This document shows positions 12,799 through 25,900 of a DNA stretch of 64,000 bases, piece by piece. Under the pieces are notes generated by a model. The model was given only the letters and a program-made list of their open reading frames with translations, ran no database searches and was not told the origin of the DNA. The position numbers and the translations under genes were made by a program. Numbering within the stretch: position 1 is the stretch's first letter; each line of letters starts with the position of its first letter. This DNA comes from Styela clava (lineage: Eukaryota), in assembly GCF_964204865.1 (NCBI RefSeq), contig NC_135260.1, positions 7,626,001 to 7,690,000 of the forward strand. Reading direction: 5' to 3'.

Positions 12799-13970
12799 AA
12801 CAAGAGAGCTATGCTCAAATATATGGACACGTAGAGTCACATAATTTTGATGACGTCATAGCGAAAAAAAAAGTAATAGCCTTCTGGAGAAAATTTTTAT
12901 CTTTAACCACTAAAAATTTCAAAGCAATTGGTCCAGTATTCGAAGAGAAAGGCGACTTTTTAAAAACGTGTCAAGCGGTACTGAGTTAGCAGTCAGGCAG
13001 CATCTTACCTGTACACTGTAGGCCATATACGGTAATTGATCACAGAACAGTTGTTCCCTTGCAAATTTTATGTTGTTTACACTTTAGGACAGATAATTGA
13101 TCACAGAACAATTCTTCCCTTTCAAATTTTATGTTGTTTCCAGTAGACTCTCATCAAAATAAACAAATATAGTAGGCTACAAGTGCTACAACGCTTGCAT
13201 TACTGCACTGGTAGGACCGTGAAAGAATAAGTTACGGTAATTTCATTGTGGTAAGACACCGGTACCGGCACCAGTACCAGTATCGTACTTACGTACTGAG
13301 CTACCAGTACCGGTTAGCAGTCAGCCAGCATCTTACCTGTACACTGTAGGCCATATACGGTAATTGATCACAGAACAGTTATTCCCTTGCAAATTTTATG
13401 TTGTTTACACTTTAGGACAGATAATTGATCACAGAACAATTCTTCCCTTTCAAATTTTTTGTTGTTTCCAGTAGACTCTCATCAAAATAAACAAATATAG
13501 TAGGCTACAAGTGCTACAACGCTTGCATTACTGCAGGTCTGATATTCCGTTCCGCATACGATAGGCTATAAAACTTGCATTGCAGCATTAGTAATACCGC
13601 GGAAGGTAATTTCACTGCGTTACGGCACCGGTATGGCAACTTACCAGTACCGACCTACAGTAGCTGTAGTACTGAGCAAGACAATCGATCGCGAAACCGC
13701 TTGAAATAAGTGTAAAACAGTGTTCCCATGAGTAAAAATAAATACCGCGAAATTTTGTATGAAATATCATATCTCATAGGATTCATATAAAATTTAAGAA
13801 TAAACAAAAGTAATAGCCTTCTAGCGAAAAAATTAATCTTTAACCACTGAAAATTTCAAAGCAATTGGTCCAGTATTCGAAGAGAAAAGCGACTTTTTAA
13901 AAACGTGTCAAAGAACAAGAACAACAACAACATAATATTGAAACGATCGTTATGTCCACTACGTGTCCAA
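12799..13970 (-). mobile_element. Compound Helentron-like (HINE/DINE-type) element, copy A, with internal 328-bp tandem repeat
   Basis: AACAAG end with small hairpin GAGC-TAT-GCTC. Asymmetric subterminal IR TGGACACGTAG / CTACGTGTCCA, (ACA)n tract, A-rich flanks, no TSD. Near-identical to 33339-34752. Confidence 0.8.
12986..13536. repeat. ~1.7 copies of a 328-bp tandem unit, each with a 61-bp internal duplication
   Basis: TTAGCAGTCA at 12986 and 13314; TAATTGATCACAGAACA at 13033 and 13094. Confidence 0.9.
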
Positions 13971-14331
13971 AAACACAAAAATGCGATTTATACTCTATTT
14001 CCATTCCTTCACATCGAAACCTGGGACATGAACGTGCCATAAACTGCCTATTGTACATATCATCGTGGTGCCGTACCTCTTTTTCCTGTGTATTGTACTT
14101 GTACAAGAGTTTTATTTGTATATTTCATGTCTGTTTTCCTTCTATAACGCAGCAGTCCTAAACTGCAGTTATACTTGTTGGGGTGCATGTCCACATCTGT
14201 GTCTTGGGCCAGTAAGGTCTTGCACATGTATCCCGTCTCTATATTATATCTAATATATCTATATATATATAATATCTAATTCACTTTCCTCTGAATTGTT
14301 TTCAAAATTCATTATCTCGAAAATCGACTTT

Positions 14332-14969
14332 TTGGACACGTCAGTGTACATAACGATCGTTTCAATATTATGATGGTGTTGTTGGTATTATTTTTCTCTT
14401 TGAAATCGCTTTTCTCTTCGAATACTGGACCAATTGCTTTGAAATTTTCAGTGGATAAAGTTCGATTTTTTTCCAGATAGCTATTACTTCAATTTGTTTC
14501 TAAATTTCCGATGAATCATATGAGATCTGATATTTCATTCAAAATTTCGCTGTTCTAAAATTTACTCATGGGAACACTGTTTTGAAACGTATTTTGAGCG
14601 GTTGCGTAATCAAGCCTGCAGGTACGAAAAGCATTCCTTTCGCGATCTTACTATTGCAGTAAGGTAACTGATACTGGTAAGGTACCGTACCGTACCTCTG
14701 TGAATTACGCTCTCATCTTTTCGTTACAGTTCTGATGTAATCAACATAAATTTTGTAGCCTATCATTTTTTTATTTGATAAGAGGAAAGGAATTGAGTTT
14801 TTATATAACAAGGAAGTACCTTTCCGCAAACGAATATCAGATACTGGTAAGTTACCGTACCGCATATGATTATCGGGGGCGTAGAGTACCCTATGGTTTT
14901 CGGTGAATTGATGATAATATATTTCGTTTTATTCTAAGTGTCCTTATATTTAAGCATAGCTCTCTTGTT
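14332..14969 (+). mobile_element. HINE family copy, opposite orientation
   Basis: Starts TTGGACACGT, contains GGACCAATTGCTTTGAAATTTT, ends AGCATAGCTCTCTTGTT. Confidence 0.8.
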
Positions 14970-14971
14970 CT

Positions 14972-15390
14972 CTATAAGTGTACTGTGGTCATTGCAGTCA
15001 ATATAAAAACAAAAATCTGTGCAATTTCGGTTGATTTTGGCAAGTTTGCCAACTCAAGAACTGATTTGGGGGCTAGAAGTAGATTCATCAATTTAACCCG
15101 CAAAACACCCTTATCAAGAACACATCTACGGCCGATAGGTGGGAAAATAATTGGCCTTGGTTCTAAGCAACAATGATGAAGCCCTGGCTGGTAATTTGCC
15201 ATGAGCTTGCTTGTTTCTTGCCCCACATGCTTCCTCAGTGAATCATTGTTGGGTGGAAAGTATAATCCATGTTTGCCAGTGTTAAAAAGATGTATCATTT
15301 ACATTCTTCATATCCTCTTCATACAGTGAACACATAAATTCCTCAGCTTTAGTTATCAATGCCTCGTTAACCTCAAAAGATCTTCATTGT
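14972..15390 (-). pseudogene. Degenerate fragment of a large DNA-transposon protein (possibly Academ/XPG-type C-terminus)
   Basis: Minus-strand EEFMCSLY...NVND...LF...FPPNNDSLRKHV...ANYQ...CCLEP..PPIG resembles the recurrent LPPT..L..H..RANYQ motif of such proteins; frameshifted. Confidence 0.4.
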
Positions 15391-15865
15391 TGAGAAATAA
15401 ATGAATTGAAAAACTCAATGAAGTCTCCAACATGAGTTTGGTGGGCAGTTCCAATTGCAGAAAAAGGCGAAAGTATTTCATTATGAATAGCCCATCTAAG
15501 CTGTTAGCAACTGTTATGATTCTCATATGCCTTTACGCTTCAAGACTTCTTGTTCGATCCATTTTATAGCACTGATAGCAGCAGGGATTAGAGCCTGCGT
15601 TAGGTTGGATTGGTGGAACATTGCCGTTTTCTTTTGGAGTCAGTATCTAAAATGAGGAAGAAAATTATATTTAGAACAGCATGAGTGTGAAAATACCCTA
15701 AATACTGACTAATACCTTTAATACATAATGCGTTTTATCTGATACCTCAATGAACTTATGCTCATTGGATGTACTACAGTCATGCAGTGTTTGCATACCG
15801 ATACTAGACTATATCTACACTGAATTTCGATAGATCACAGTCTGAAATGCCCTATGGACTATATT

Positions 15866-15983
15866 GGGTGGTCCTGAAGTATGCGCACCAAGATGTCGCC
15901 CAACCTGAATCCTAACCGGTAGGCTACACACATACTATGTTCACGTTGTGCGCCATCTTGGTGCGCATACTTCTGGAGGTCCC
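15866..15983. mobile_element. 118-bp fold-back MITE
   Basis: 20-bp perfect inverted repeat GAAGTATGCGCACCAAGATG, GGG/CCC ends, TATATT direct repeat on both flanks. Confidence 0.7.
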
Positions 15984-16905
15984 TATATTTTAATACATCA
16001 ACTGTCTGTCTACAACTTGATTTCTCACCTCTCAATCGCTTCCAATGCTACTTTCTTTCCACTCCGGCATAACTTATCATTGCTTCCCAGGTTCTTGTCG
16101 CTCTATGAATTTAGATTTAGACCAACCGACAATAGTAAAATTGATCATTTTCCTCTCTTTCACACGACCGTGCATTACAGAAACAGCCATTAATTTTTAT
16201 TTTCAAATATGACGTTGCCTATATAGTAGTATAAGTCTGCTGAATAGTCATTAAATTAAACATAAACCTTTCATGCAAGCCAGAAAATATCGTTGTTTGT
16301 GACATATTATTCTAGGTCTAGCCCTCTCTGGAGTTACCGCACCGCACCTATTTAACAACGTCTTATGAGCTAGTGTTCAACTTAAATTGCTATTTATGTG
16401 TGTGTTCAATATCTTACTTATACTTTTTTAACACCTTCTTAGAATAACTGAACTACTAATAACTGAAAAAGACTATGGAAAGGCTACTCAACTCAACGCA
16501 AGAGCGAGCAGAAGTACGTCTGATATTCATCCGACCACGGGGGGGAATCCAAATACAGCTGACAAATTTGAAGTCTGCATTGATTGGCCAATGATACCGG
16601 AAAAGCAGAGAATATAGGACAGATGGTAACACATATTTATTGTAGTAAAAGCGTCTTTTCCGTAAAACGTGCAACTTTTGGAAGTGGGAACAAGGCAATG
16701 TTTGTTACTAAATTTCTAAGGAACATTTTAAAATCATTTTCAGGTAGTTATTTTATGTGCGCTACGAAACTGAAAGATAAACGGCCTCGTCGTGCGGCAT
16801 GATAGTCATTCGTATAATTTAGTCAACCGAAGAGGCAAGCTCTGCGAGTTACGCATACAGATACGGTCGCTTGGTTTATGAAAACACCTCGTAAGGTTCG
16901 TACGA

Positions 16906-19900
16906 ATGGCTAACCTACATTCTGCGCCGCTGTCATTTTGCGTGCTTGGTGCGGGTATTTCTGGGCTTTCAAGTGCATATTGTTTAGCGAAAAATTATCC
17001 ATCAAGTAGAGTTACTGTAGTATACGAAGAAGGTACACCTAACACGACGAGGTGAGATGATAACTTTTTGAATTACGTTTCGCAATGTAGACTTTATTTG
17101 ATTATAGCAATTATTGCCGTCTGCAAGCGGTATTGATACCGTACCCAAAGCTAATATTAGGGACGGCTAAGTTTCCATATTTTGTGCCATGGTGAAATTC
17201 TAATTCAGCCTTTAAACAGCGGGATGTTCACATCTGTGATATTATAAAAATCGAAATCCATCTCACTGAAGTAAAATGTATTACTTTACATTTAAGCAAT
17301 CATGGTTTCGGAATACTCAGTCTCCGTTCTTTGGACGAATTGGACAGTGCCGATACCTCCAGGTTTACGAAAGCAACTGCAAGTCATTTTGCAAATATAA
17401 TAAGTCAATCGCCACAACTCGCTGCTGAAATTGGATTGAGTGCAATGCCAGCGTACCTCACATACGACAGAAAGCAGGGTTCGCCAGAACAAGGTGTGTG
17501 TGCGGTAAAAATGCTAGTCACCAGTTTACGAATCCATCAGATATCATATAATATAAGCAATGTAGAAGTTTCATTTATATATATATTTATAACTACTAGA
17601 TATATCGCCATTTTCCTAAGCAGAGAAAAGTATGTATTTGCTGATGCAAAACCTCTCTTTGACCTAAGCTTGTATCCAGTGTTTGGATTAAGCGGGTTTA
17701 CGCGAACCCGTTATTGGTTTAGATTTAGACGTACGACTAAGACGTAAGAAATAGGCTATGTGCATCGCGACCAAGGTTCGTTCCCTCTAAGCTGCGCAAT
17801 TGCTACTACGCAGTTGCAACATTTCGTTATCAAAGCGTGGCTCATATTTTATATGTCATATTTATTAACGCTTAACTAGAATGCTCGTTCTATGTTTAAC
17901 GCGTATTTTGGTGACCACTGGTCATTGTGAAGTCACACACGTGTATGTCACGCTCAAGTACTTTAATTTCTGTATGCCGGTGACGCAAATTTATCGCTGT
18001 TCCGCGTTAAGGAATCTGATAATCTGCAAAATTTGTCGGGAAGTGGCACCTAATAGTGATTTGGAAAAGGCAAATCTTGGATGGGAAGTTGACTATCTAA
18101 GACGCCATCCAAATCAGAAAAGGCATATTGACGCACTAGATCAGTGGTTCCCAACCGCCGGTGCCGGTCCACGAAGCTATTTTGCCGTTCAGTGAGAAAT
18201 TTCGTTTTATTGATTTTCTGCCGTTTCGATCGCTTGAATCCGAAAGGACGGATTTACGTTGGTTTATTACGCATTTCTCTTCCGCCGTCATATTACTGTT
18301 TGGTGAGGGCGGTATTAATCGCCTGGCAAGTCTTGGCGCCGTGTGATCACACTTTTCGTTTCCGATTCATCGCAAAATCGCTCCGTCAAATCTCGCAAGA
18401 TTCATAAACCTGGAAATCAGCATGCGTGCTTTTTCCGTTCTGCGTGCTTCCTCCGTTCTTCATTAATATTACCATTCAAATATAAGGTTATGAACATTTC
18501 TTTGTTTAAACTAGAAAACAGTCAAGAATTGTATAATATTACAGAGTATGCCTTGGGAACCAGCAAGATATGAACTTGTTGCGGCCCAGCAGGTGGTCAT
18601 GAGACGCGCAACAACAACATTAAGATCTTTTCTAGGTGATGCACAGCAGGATTTTGACCCCCTGGTGCCAAGTTAGAAACTACTTTATCATTGTAATATA
18701 AATTCATTTGTCTGGGGCATCGATCAAATGCCGAGGGATGATATAGTAGGTCGGGGGAAGTCGGACCCGCTAACATATAATTTAGAATAACTTTCCTAGT
18801 AACACCGCCAATAAAATCGTTCCATGTGGGTTTGATGCGCCTAACTCCCAGCAAATTTGCCGCAAAACTTCATCGTTACCATGGCAACCAATAGGAAGTT
18901 ACGTACGATTTTGGCCTAAAAAAATATGGGGGTAAGTTAGCCACTTCGTGGGTAATACGGTCACACAACAGAATAAGCCCAAAGTCTGCTCATAAGTCTT
19001 CACTCAGTGCCTAGACCTCTAAGAAACAATTTTTTTTTTTTTAAAAAATTTTTTCATTAAATTTATTGTGGTGTTCATCTTACCCCTGGAGATGAGATGC
19101 TAGAGCGAGAATGTACATCATGATGAAATTACCAACTTTTATTCAAACTAATAATTTTCAAGTCCAAATAAATGAATGAGGCCTATTTCAGTAAAACACA
19201 ACAATGATTGCTTTATATTACCTTAAATTAGAATGGCAAAATTAAGCAAAACACAAACATCACATCAGAAAGTAATATATACACATCAATTCAATATTCG
19301 ACATCATAAATGTTTCATATTAAATATCATTGAACCTTTCTAGAAAACGAATGGTGAAAAGAAATGCAATGTTGACTAGCTGCTCTACAATAAATTCTGT
19401 TAGTTACAATCATTACATTTGAACCTCACTACAAACTTTCCGTATACCCCAGCACAAATATCATGGAACCATTTTTGACAAATTTCACATTGAATCCAAC
19501 CTTCTTCCTCCTCATCATCAAAAAAATTTCCCTCACAAATACCACAAATATTTTCTAATAATTCTCTTCCTACCACTTTCACTTTTTTCTTAAGCAACTT
19601 CTTCACTTGTGTGCTTTGACCTGAACTTGACTGACCTGAACTATGATTTCCTGAGTTGCTGGCTTCATTAAGTGCTGAAAGTTCTTTTCTATAATTTTTG
19701 CTAGTAAGAACTCTGGACCCTGTTTCGATAGACTTCTTTCGTGGTGGCTTGCTTTTACGAGACACTTTTGGGTAAGGCTGAATATCATCAAATGATCTCT
19801 CATTAACAGGAACTTCTTCATTTACTGGTACTATACCACTTGTAGAAGGTGATGAATCCATCACAATACCAGAAACATCAGTGGTTTCAGCAGGAGCATA

Positions 19901-22900
19901 AGCATGCTCTGGAATCTGATCTTTGTCCAATGGATAAATACCTGTTGCTTTGAATGCCAAAACAGCATTTTTCAGAGTACATATTTTCATGTACGCTTCA
20001 CAAAAAAGAGTTGGGAAATTGAATCTGGTCAAACCAACCCCCGGATTGTTCCTCATGTGAACTCGCACAGCTTCCTTATAATAGTCCTTCAAGGGTTTAA
20101 AATGAAGTTTATCCAAAGGTTGCAGATAATGACTTGTATGTGGGGGCAAACTGACAATTTCAATGTTGTTGTTGGCTGCAAAATCCAGCACTTCGATGCT
20201 ACGCGTGTGTGAGCCATGTTCATCTAGTATTAGTACAACTTTTTCAGATGATATCTTTTTGTTAGCATTGAAATGCTGGATCCAATCCAAAAATATTTCT
20301 TTGTTCATATAGCCGGACTCACTATACTTGACAACAGTGCCAGGTGGCATACCTTGCTGCAGAAGAGGATTAACCCGTTTACCTTTGTATATAACCATTG
20401 GTGGAACATAATCACCTACAGCGTTTACAGCCATGACAACTGTCTGAGATAGTCCACGCTCACCACTTGTTATTTGACTCGAATACCTTGAACCTTTGAG
20501 GCCAACAATATTTTTTACTCCAGGCACTAAACTCAAACCTGTCTCGTCTGCATTATAAATTCGAGAAGGATCTCCAAACACAGAATTTTCCAGCATGGTG
20601 CTCTCTAATAAATCAAAAAATTTGTTGACAATTGGCCTATTGAGATGAACTGCTCGCTGAATTGAAAGTGACTGTGGCTTACGAATTGTGAGTAGGTCAT
20701 TGTGCCTTTTGCGAAATCCACCCCACCAGTCCATCCCTGCCATTTTAGTTTCTTTTGAGAATCTGTGGGGCAAATCATTGATGATCGCAAATTCATATGC
20801 GAGTTTTCTGATATCATTGACAGTTAATGGGAAACCACGCCTTTCAAACTCCAATATGTGGTTTATTAGATAAAGTTCATTTTTATCCCCCAATACGGAG
20901 CATTTGCCCAGATGATTTGACCCAGTCGGTTTTCGTAGCTTTCCTGACACATGACGAGAAAGAGTTGTTCTTGGCACATTGTATGCTAGAGCTATTGACT
21001 TAATTTTCCCTCCTTTTATAACTTCTTTAACTGCAGTTTCCATATTTTCTGTATTCCAACTACCTCTAGAAGTAGTTCTTTTATAATTTCTTGGCATATT
21101 TTCAATTGTCTGTTAAAAAAAAAGTGAATGGGGTAAGATGGAATTTTACACCAGGACTACCTGCTAGTAGCCATGGAAATATTTATGGCAATGAGAGTGC
21201 ATTTATCCTGTGTGGCAAAAGAGTATAAAATATAAATGAATAATTATATTCAACTCTCAAAGACGAAGGTCCATTATTATTTTCACAAGGCTAAATAATA
21301 AAAAAACATCCCCTCCCCCCAGCTCAAAACCCACCCCACCTTTCAGTTGATCATACCTACTCAAATTAAGCAGTGGCAGTTTACTGACGGATGTATGTTA
21401 TCTAATTAATCCACTTCGACCAGATAAACAATAAAAATCAGAGCTAACTTACATGTTTCAGAAAAAATTCCTCCTCGCAAAGTTGGAACCTTATAAAACG
21501 TCGTTTTTTCGCCCCGCAAAATTACACCTCTTCCGAAAAAGAACCACGCTGCCAGCTGTGCATCGAAGCATGCAAATTTTTGCGGCGGAATTGTTCACAA
21601 GGTGTCACTCTATAACCCGATGCCTTTCAAGCGATGATAAAGCGCGAGGTGTCGCTATTAGACGGATTTTACTTTGCCTGTCCATCATACCCCGGGTGTC
21701 CGAATTACCCCGACCTACTATATAATGAAACCACTAGTTTACGGTCCAGATTTAAAAAAGAATCACTGTTACAATATTTGAGCTCTCTCGATAACGAATG
21801 CTCATCGCTAGGTAATCGAACAATCAAACTGTTGTCCAAATATTCAACCAGTTACTTGTACGAAAAAAACTTTATCATTGTTAGCTTTAACTAAAACGAA
21901 GCAAAGAAATAGACTGTGAGCCATTGCAGAGCTAGGTGTTGCAAAATCATTTTTTATGCCTCGTTTGCAATCTTGTATTGGCAACGAAACAGCAGCAAAT
22001 TCTCGCTCGAGGTAATTGTGTTTGTACATGATATGGCATGTACATGTTTTTTATGTGAGGTTTTTCTTGGTGTATTTTTTACGCGAAATCGGTGCCCATC
22101 ACTTCATGTTGTTATGCAAGTATATGTTATTATTTTATGTTCCACCTTTTTGCCGGTCCGCGAATACATTTTATTTAATTTAACCGGTCCGCGAGGGTAG
22201 AAAGGTTGGGAACCACTGCACTAGATGCATTAACTCAAAAGCGAAACGTGGAAGCAAGAGGAGGTTGTTCGAAATTTCTCACCGCAAAATCAACCGCTGA
22301 AGAGAGTGAAGTTTTGAAATAAAGCCTCACATAGATAGTGTTCTACCACGTGTTAAGCTGAATTCATCAATATTGTCGCGAGGTGATAAATAGTCGTGTG
22401 TCAAAATAGACTAAATTGCCACATTCATGTTGAAACAAAAATTACGGCTCCGAATTTTTGAAGAGCATAGAATTTGTCGCCAGCAAAGAAATTTTACTAA
22501 GCGCAAGACAAACAAAATTTCATACCCTGATTGTTGATGAAAGCAATGATATTTCAACAACATAAATGTTGAGATTGTACATTAGGTATTGTACTTTGTA
22601 TGATTGTCGCTTGATTTAGCAATAAAACACAACAAACATGAACAAAGTGTATAAACGTTGGAAAAGCAGGAAAACAAGAAGAAGCTATTTAAATTTAATG
22701 TGTGCTTTTTCGCATTCCGATAATAAATAATAGGCTACTATTGTAACATTTCACAAAGTTGGAATAGTTTAGGATTCTGCTCAGCGCTAAAATAGTCTTG
22801 CTCAGTAAAACCAACATTTGCGCAGTGTGAAAGTTTCTTAGAGGGAACACTGATCGCGATTGGCGTTATTTTCCGCGTTTCGGAAGTTATGTGTTATATA

Positions 22901-25900
22901 TATATATAAAGCGTTTCCTGTTAACACAGCTCACGCATAGTGACATAAGTTCATTGTACTATATTCTGCTAGATTCACAGTGGTTCCCAAACTGTGGGTC
23001 GCGACCCCGTGACGATCCTGGATCGCCTAATTTTTATCAAACATGCGCACACATGTGACTAGGATTTGAAAGTTGAAATTAGTTTTGGTCGGCACTCGGC
23101 AAGTTTCGTAAAAATTCCTGACTTCGTATTTCTCAGCAATAACTCGACCATTTATTGTCCAAACGGAGCCAAAATTGCTTGGTAAAAATTCCATGTGGTG
23201 CCTAACCTTTCCAAGGTGCCAATACGAGAATATCGGTCGGAGACCGAAGACTTATCTGTCTGCTAGAAATTATGTTGGTTTGTTAATTTGAACTAGCGTA
23301 GCCGCTTGGTTATCGAATAAACAAAGCAAAGTTGCTGTACTCGGCGATTGGCCCTTAACTAGGTGTTTGACAACAGGGCATAGTATGATCGAAACAGTCG
23401 AACGCCGGAAAACGTGTTCTTTCATGAGTCTTGCTGATTTAAAAAAAGTTTCAGGCTATGAAAATTGCTATAAAGCGGGGGGGGATCACCAAAACCACCC
23501 CCTGGCTGCGTCCCTGTTTGACAAGTATGGTATTGTTTGCCACGCGGTGTCTTGGCTGAGTAATTACACCTATTATTTCGAAAAGCTGCGAAAGCGCTTT
23601 GTTAACTACGAGTAGGCTACATGTTTTGTCCACATCTCCTCCACATTAAAGTGAACATTTTTGTTTTGCAATATTACGTAGTTAGACGTTCCATACCTAG
23701 ATTCGAGCATCAGTCAAACACAAAACCTAACAAGTTTTAGCATAATTAAGGCACTCAAAAGATGCTATTCCGTACACGTTTTTTCCCATTTTACTTTCAT
23801 GCTCTGCTTTACTTTCGAATTAATAATAGAGCAATCGGTAATATGTTAACATTGAACTAACAATATTAAAGACACTGCTGGAATATACTAAATAGGATTT
23901 TAAATTTATGCATATTTAGAAGCGATCTTGCTATTTCCTAAGTATCGTACGGTTCCATTTTCCACATTTTATCAAGTCCGTGTATGTTTCGCCAAAGAAC
24001 CGTTATAATTCTGAACCTAGGGAATTTTACCGTTGTTTTAAATACGATGCCATGTTTCTTCAAATTTCTGATGTTTCCCCGTTTTTCCGGCGCATTGGCG
24101 AGACTTGTTCGTATATTTTTTGGGCCAATGTTCACCGTCAACGTCCACTTTCAGTCGATATACAGGTACAATTGAAACTGATATACTGATTTTCGAAGTC
24201 GCTCAACGTTTTTGTTGTGGGGTCGCGAGTATCTGTATGCTTTGATTTTATGAAAATTGGGGTAGCGAAAAAAAAAGTTTGGGAACCACTGTGCTAGAAG
24301 ACTTATGAATTGTGTTGTACTACAGATGTATTTCCCGGTGGACCAACAATGGACACTTTCGCTTATTTCATGAAAATCAGCGAACATGAAAAAAGTTCGC
24401 TGGGTATCGACAGCGATGGATTGAAATATATTTTTGAGAGGGATGATATTGAACCTAGTGACCTAGTCGTCTACAAAGCGGGAACTTGGGTTATTGACAA
24501 TCACTCATATCTTCCGTGGTTGAAAAAAGAACTTGAACTTATGGCCGCCAGGTAAAATAGTTTTTCAATTTGTTGCCTGTTGGTAACTATAATCATACAA
24601 TGGTGATTTCCATCATATATGAATTTTATATTTATCCCGGCGGAGAGGAAAGGGTTAAGATGGCTCATTAATACAGTATGGCGTCATGGCGAACCTTTCG
24701 TCTGGTTAACACTCCATGTTGAATATCGGAATAGTTGTTCCAGATGCATCTGAAACGAGTTGGCTTGTTTTGGGATAAGTCCAAAAATCGAATTCTGGAC
24801 GCAATAGGCATTTGGAAACCCAAAAGTCCTCAAGATTTTATTCGAATTTCTTGAATATTTGTAAAAAGTTATTTGGTGACGTAAACGCAATGTTATACCC
24901 AATTTGTAACTCTACATCAGCTTATATTTGAGCACCATGTCATAAATATATACAATGTACTCTGTTTTTAGTGATAACCATGAATATAAGGTACTCCCGT
25001 AATATGCGTACCAGGTTTGGGCCAGGTCATAATTTTATTCCGATTTTCCTTATTTTAGTTATATTACGACAAGTTCAGGGACTGTCTGTGTTGGCCAAGT
25101 AAATATAACCCATGTTCATAGGCTTCCGTCCCTTAACACCACTCGTTGTAAAGTAGGCGAACAAAATTAATTGCCTCCTTATTGGTTAGTACCAATTGGT
25201 TAATACTAATATAATTGTATTTCTTTTTTGATAGAGGAGATATCTCAAGCGTGAACTTCATACAGAGGAGAGTGAGCAGTTTTTCCGAATTACTCAAACT
25301 TGAAGACTTTCATTTTATTGTCAATTGCTCTGGATTGGGATCCGAATATCTGGTTCCGGATGGGAACATGATTCCAATACGAGGTTTAAAATTTAAAGTG
25401 ATTTTTTGGTATATTGCATAAATATATTGTAAATATATGTTAGGCTTGGAAAAAATCTATCTAATTCATCATCAATGCCCTGATTTACTCTTATGTACTA
25501 TTAAATTAGGTATGAAATATGGCTTATAATATATCTTTAGAATTTGGCATAGGCATCCTAAACCACCTATGGTGTGTGATGTCTACTCTGTAGATCTCAC
25601 ATATTACATGAAGACTTTTTTACTCTTTGAATGACTTTAATCACACAAATTGCCTTATTTATTTCATAAGAACATATCTTATTACCGAATTGTTGGTTTC
25701 AGGTCAATACCTGTTGGTGAAACCAAGTGCAACCACGGATCTACGGTATGGGGGACATACGTTCATTTGTCCAAAACCTGGCCGAGTTGCTCTTGGATCA
25801 GTGTATCAAAAAGGTCGCCGTGAAACCAGCATAAACCATTTTGACAAGGAAGACATCTTACGTCGTTGTTGCGCTTTAAATCCGCAAATTCGAAATTCTG

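Larger units (their letters stand above)
18142..22218 (+). mobile_element. Charlie/Buster-type hAT derivative (middle element of nest)
   Basis: TIRs CAGTGGTTCCCAACC / GGTTGGGAACCACTG; perfect TSD CACTAGAT with central TA. hAT dimerisation-domain remnant YSTSYLYEKNF...TKTKQRNRL at ~21840-21915. Confidence 0.9.
17772..22852 (+). mobile_element. hAT deletion derivative (outer element of nest) in oxidase intron 2
   Basis: Right TIR CTTAGAGGGAACACTG; imperfect left TIR CAAGGTTCGTTCCCTCTAAG; TSD atcgcgac / atcgcgat. Transposase remnants CKICRE...RRH....HIDAL and LIVDESNDIS. Confidence 0.75.

Noticed and set aside
12630-12989. Short ORFs here and at 33326-33535 sharing KQESYAQIYGHVESHNF
   Set aside because: Chance translation of the same HINE terminus, not a gene family. 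Most other short ORFs in the track are antisense shadows or repeat-derived.
12986-13536. CRISPR-like appearance of recurring TAATTGATCACAGAACA
   Set aside because: Intervening sequences are themselves repeated rather than unique spacers; eukaryotic context; no cas genes.
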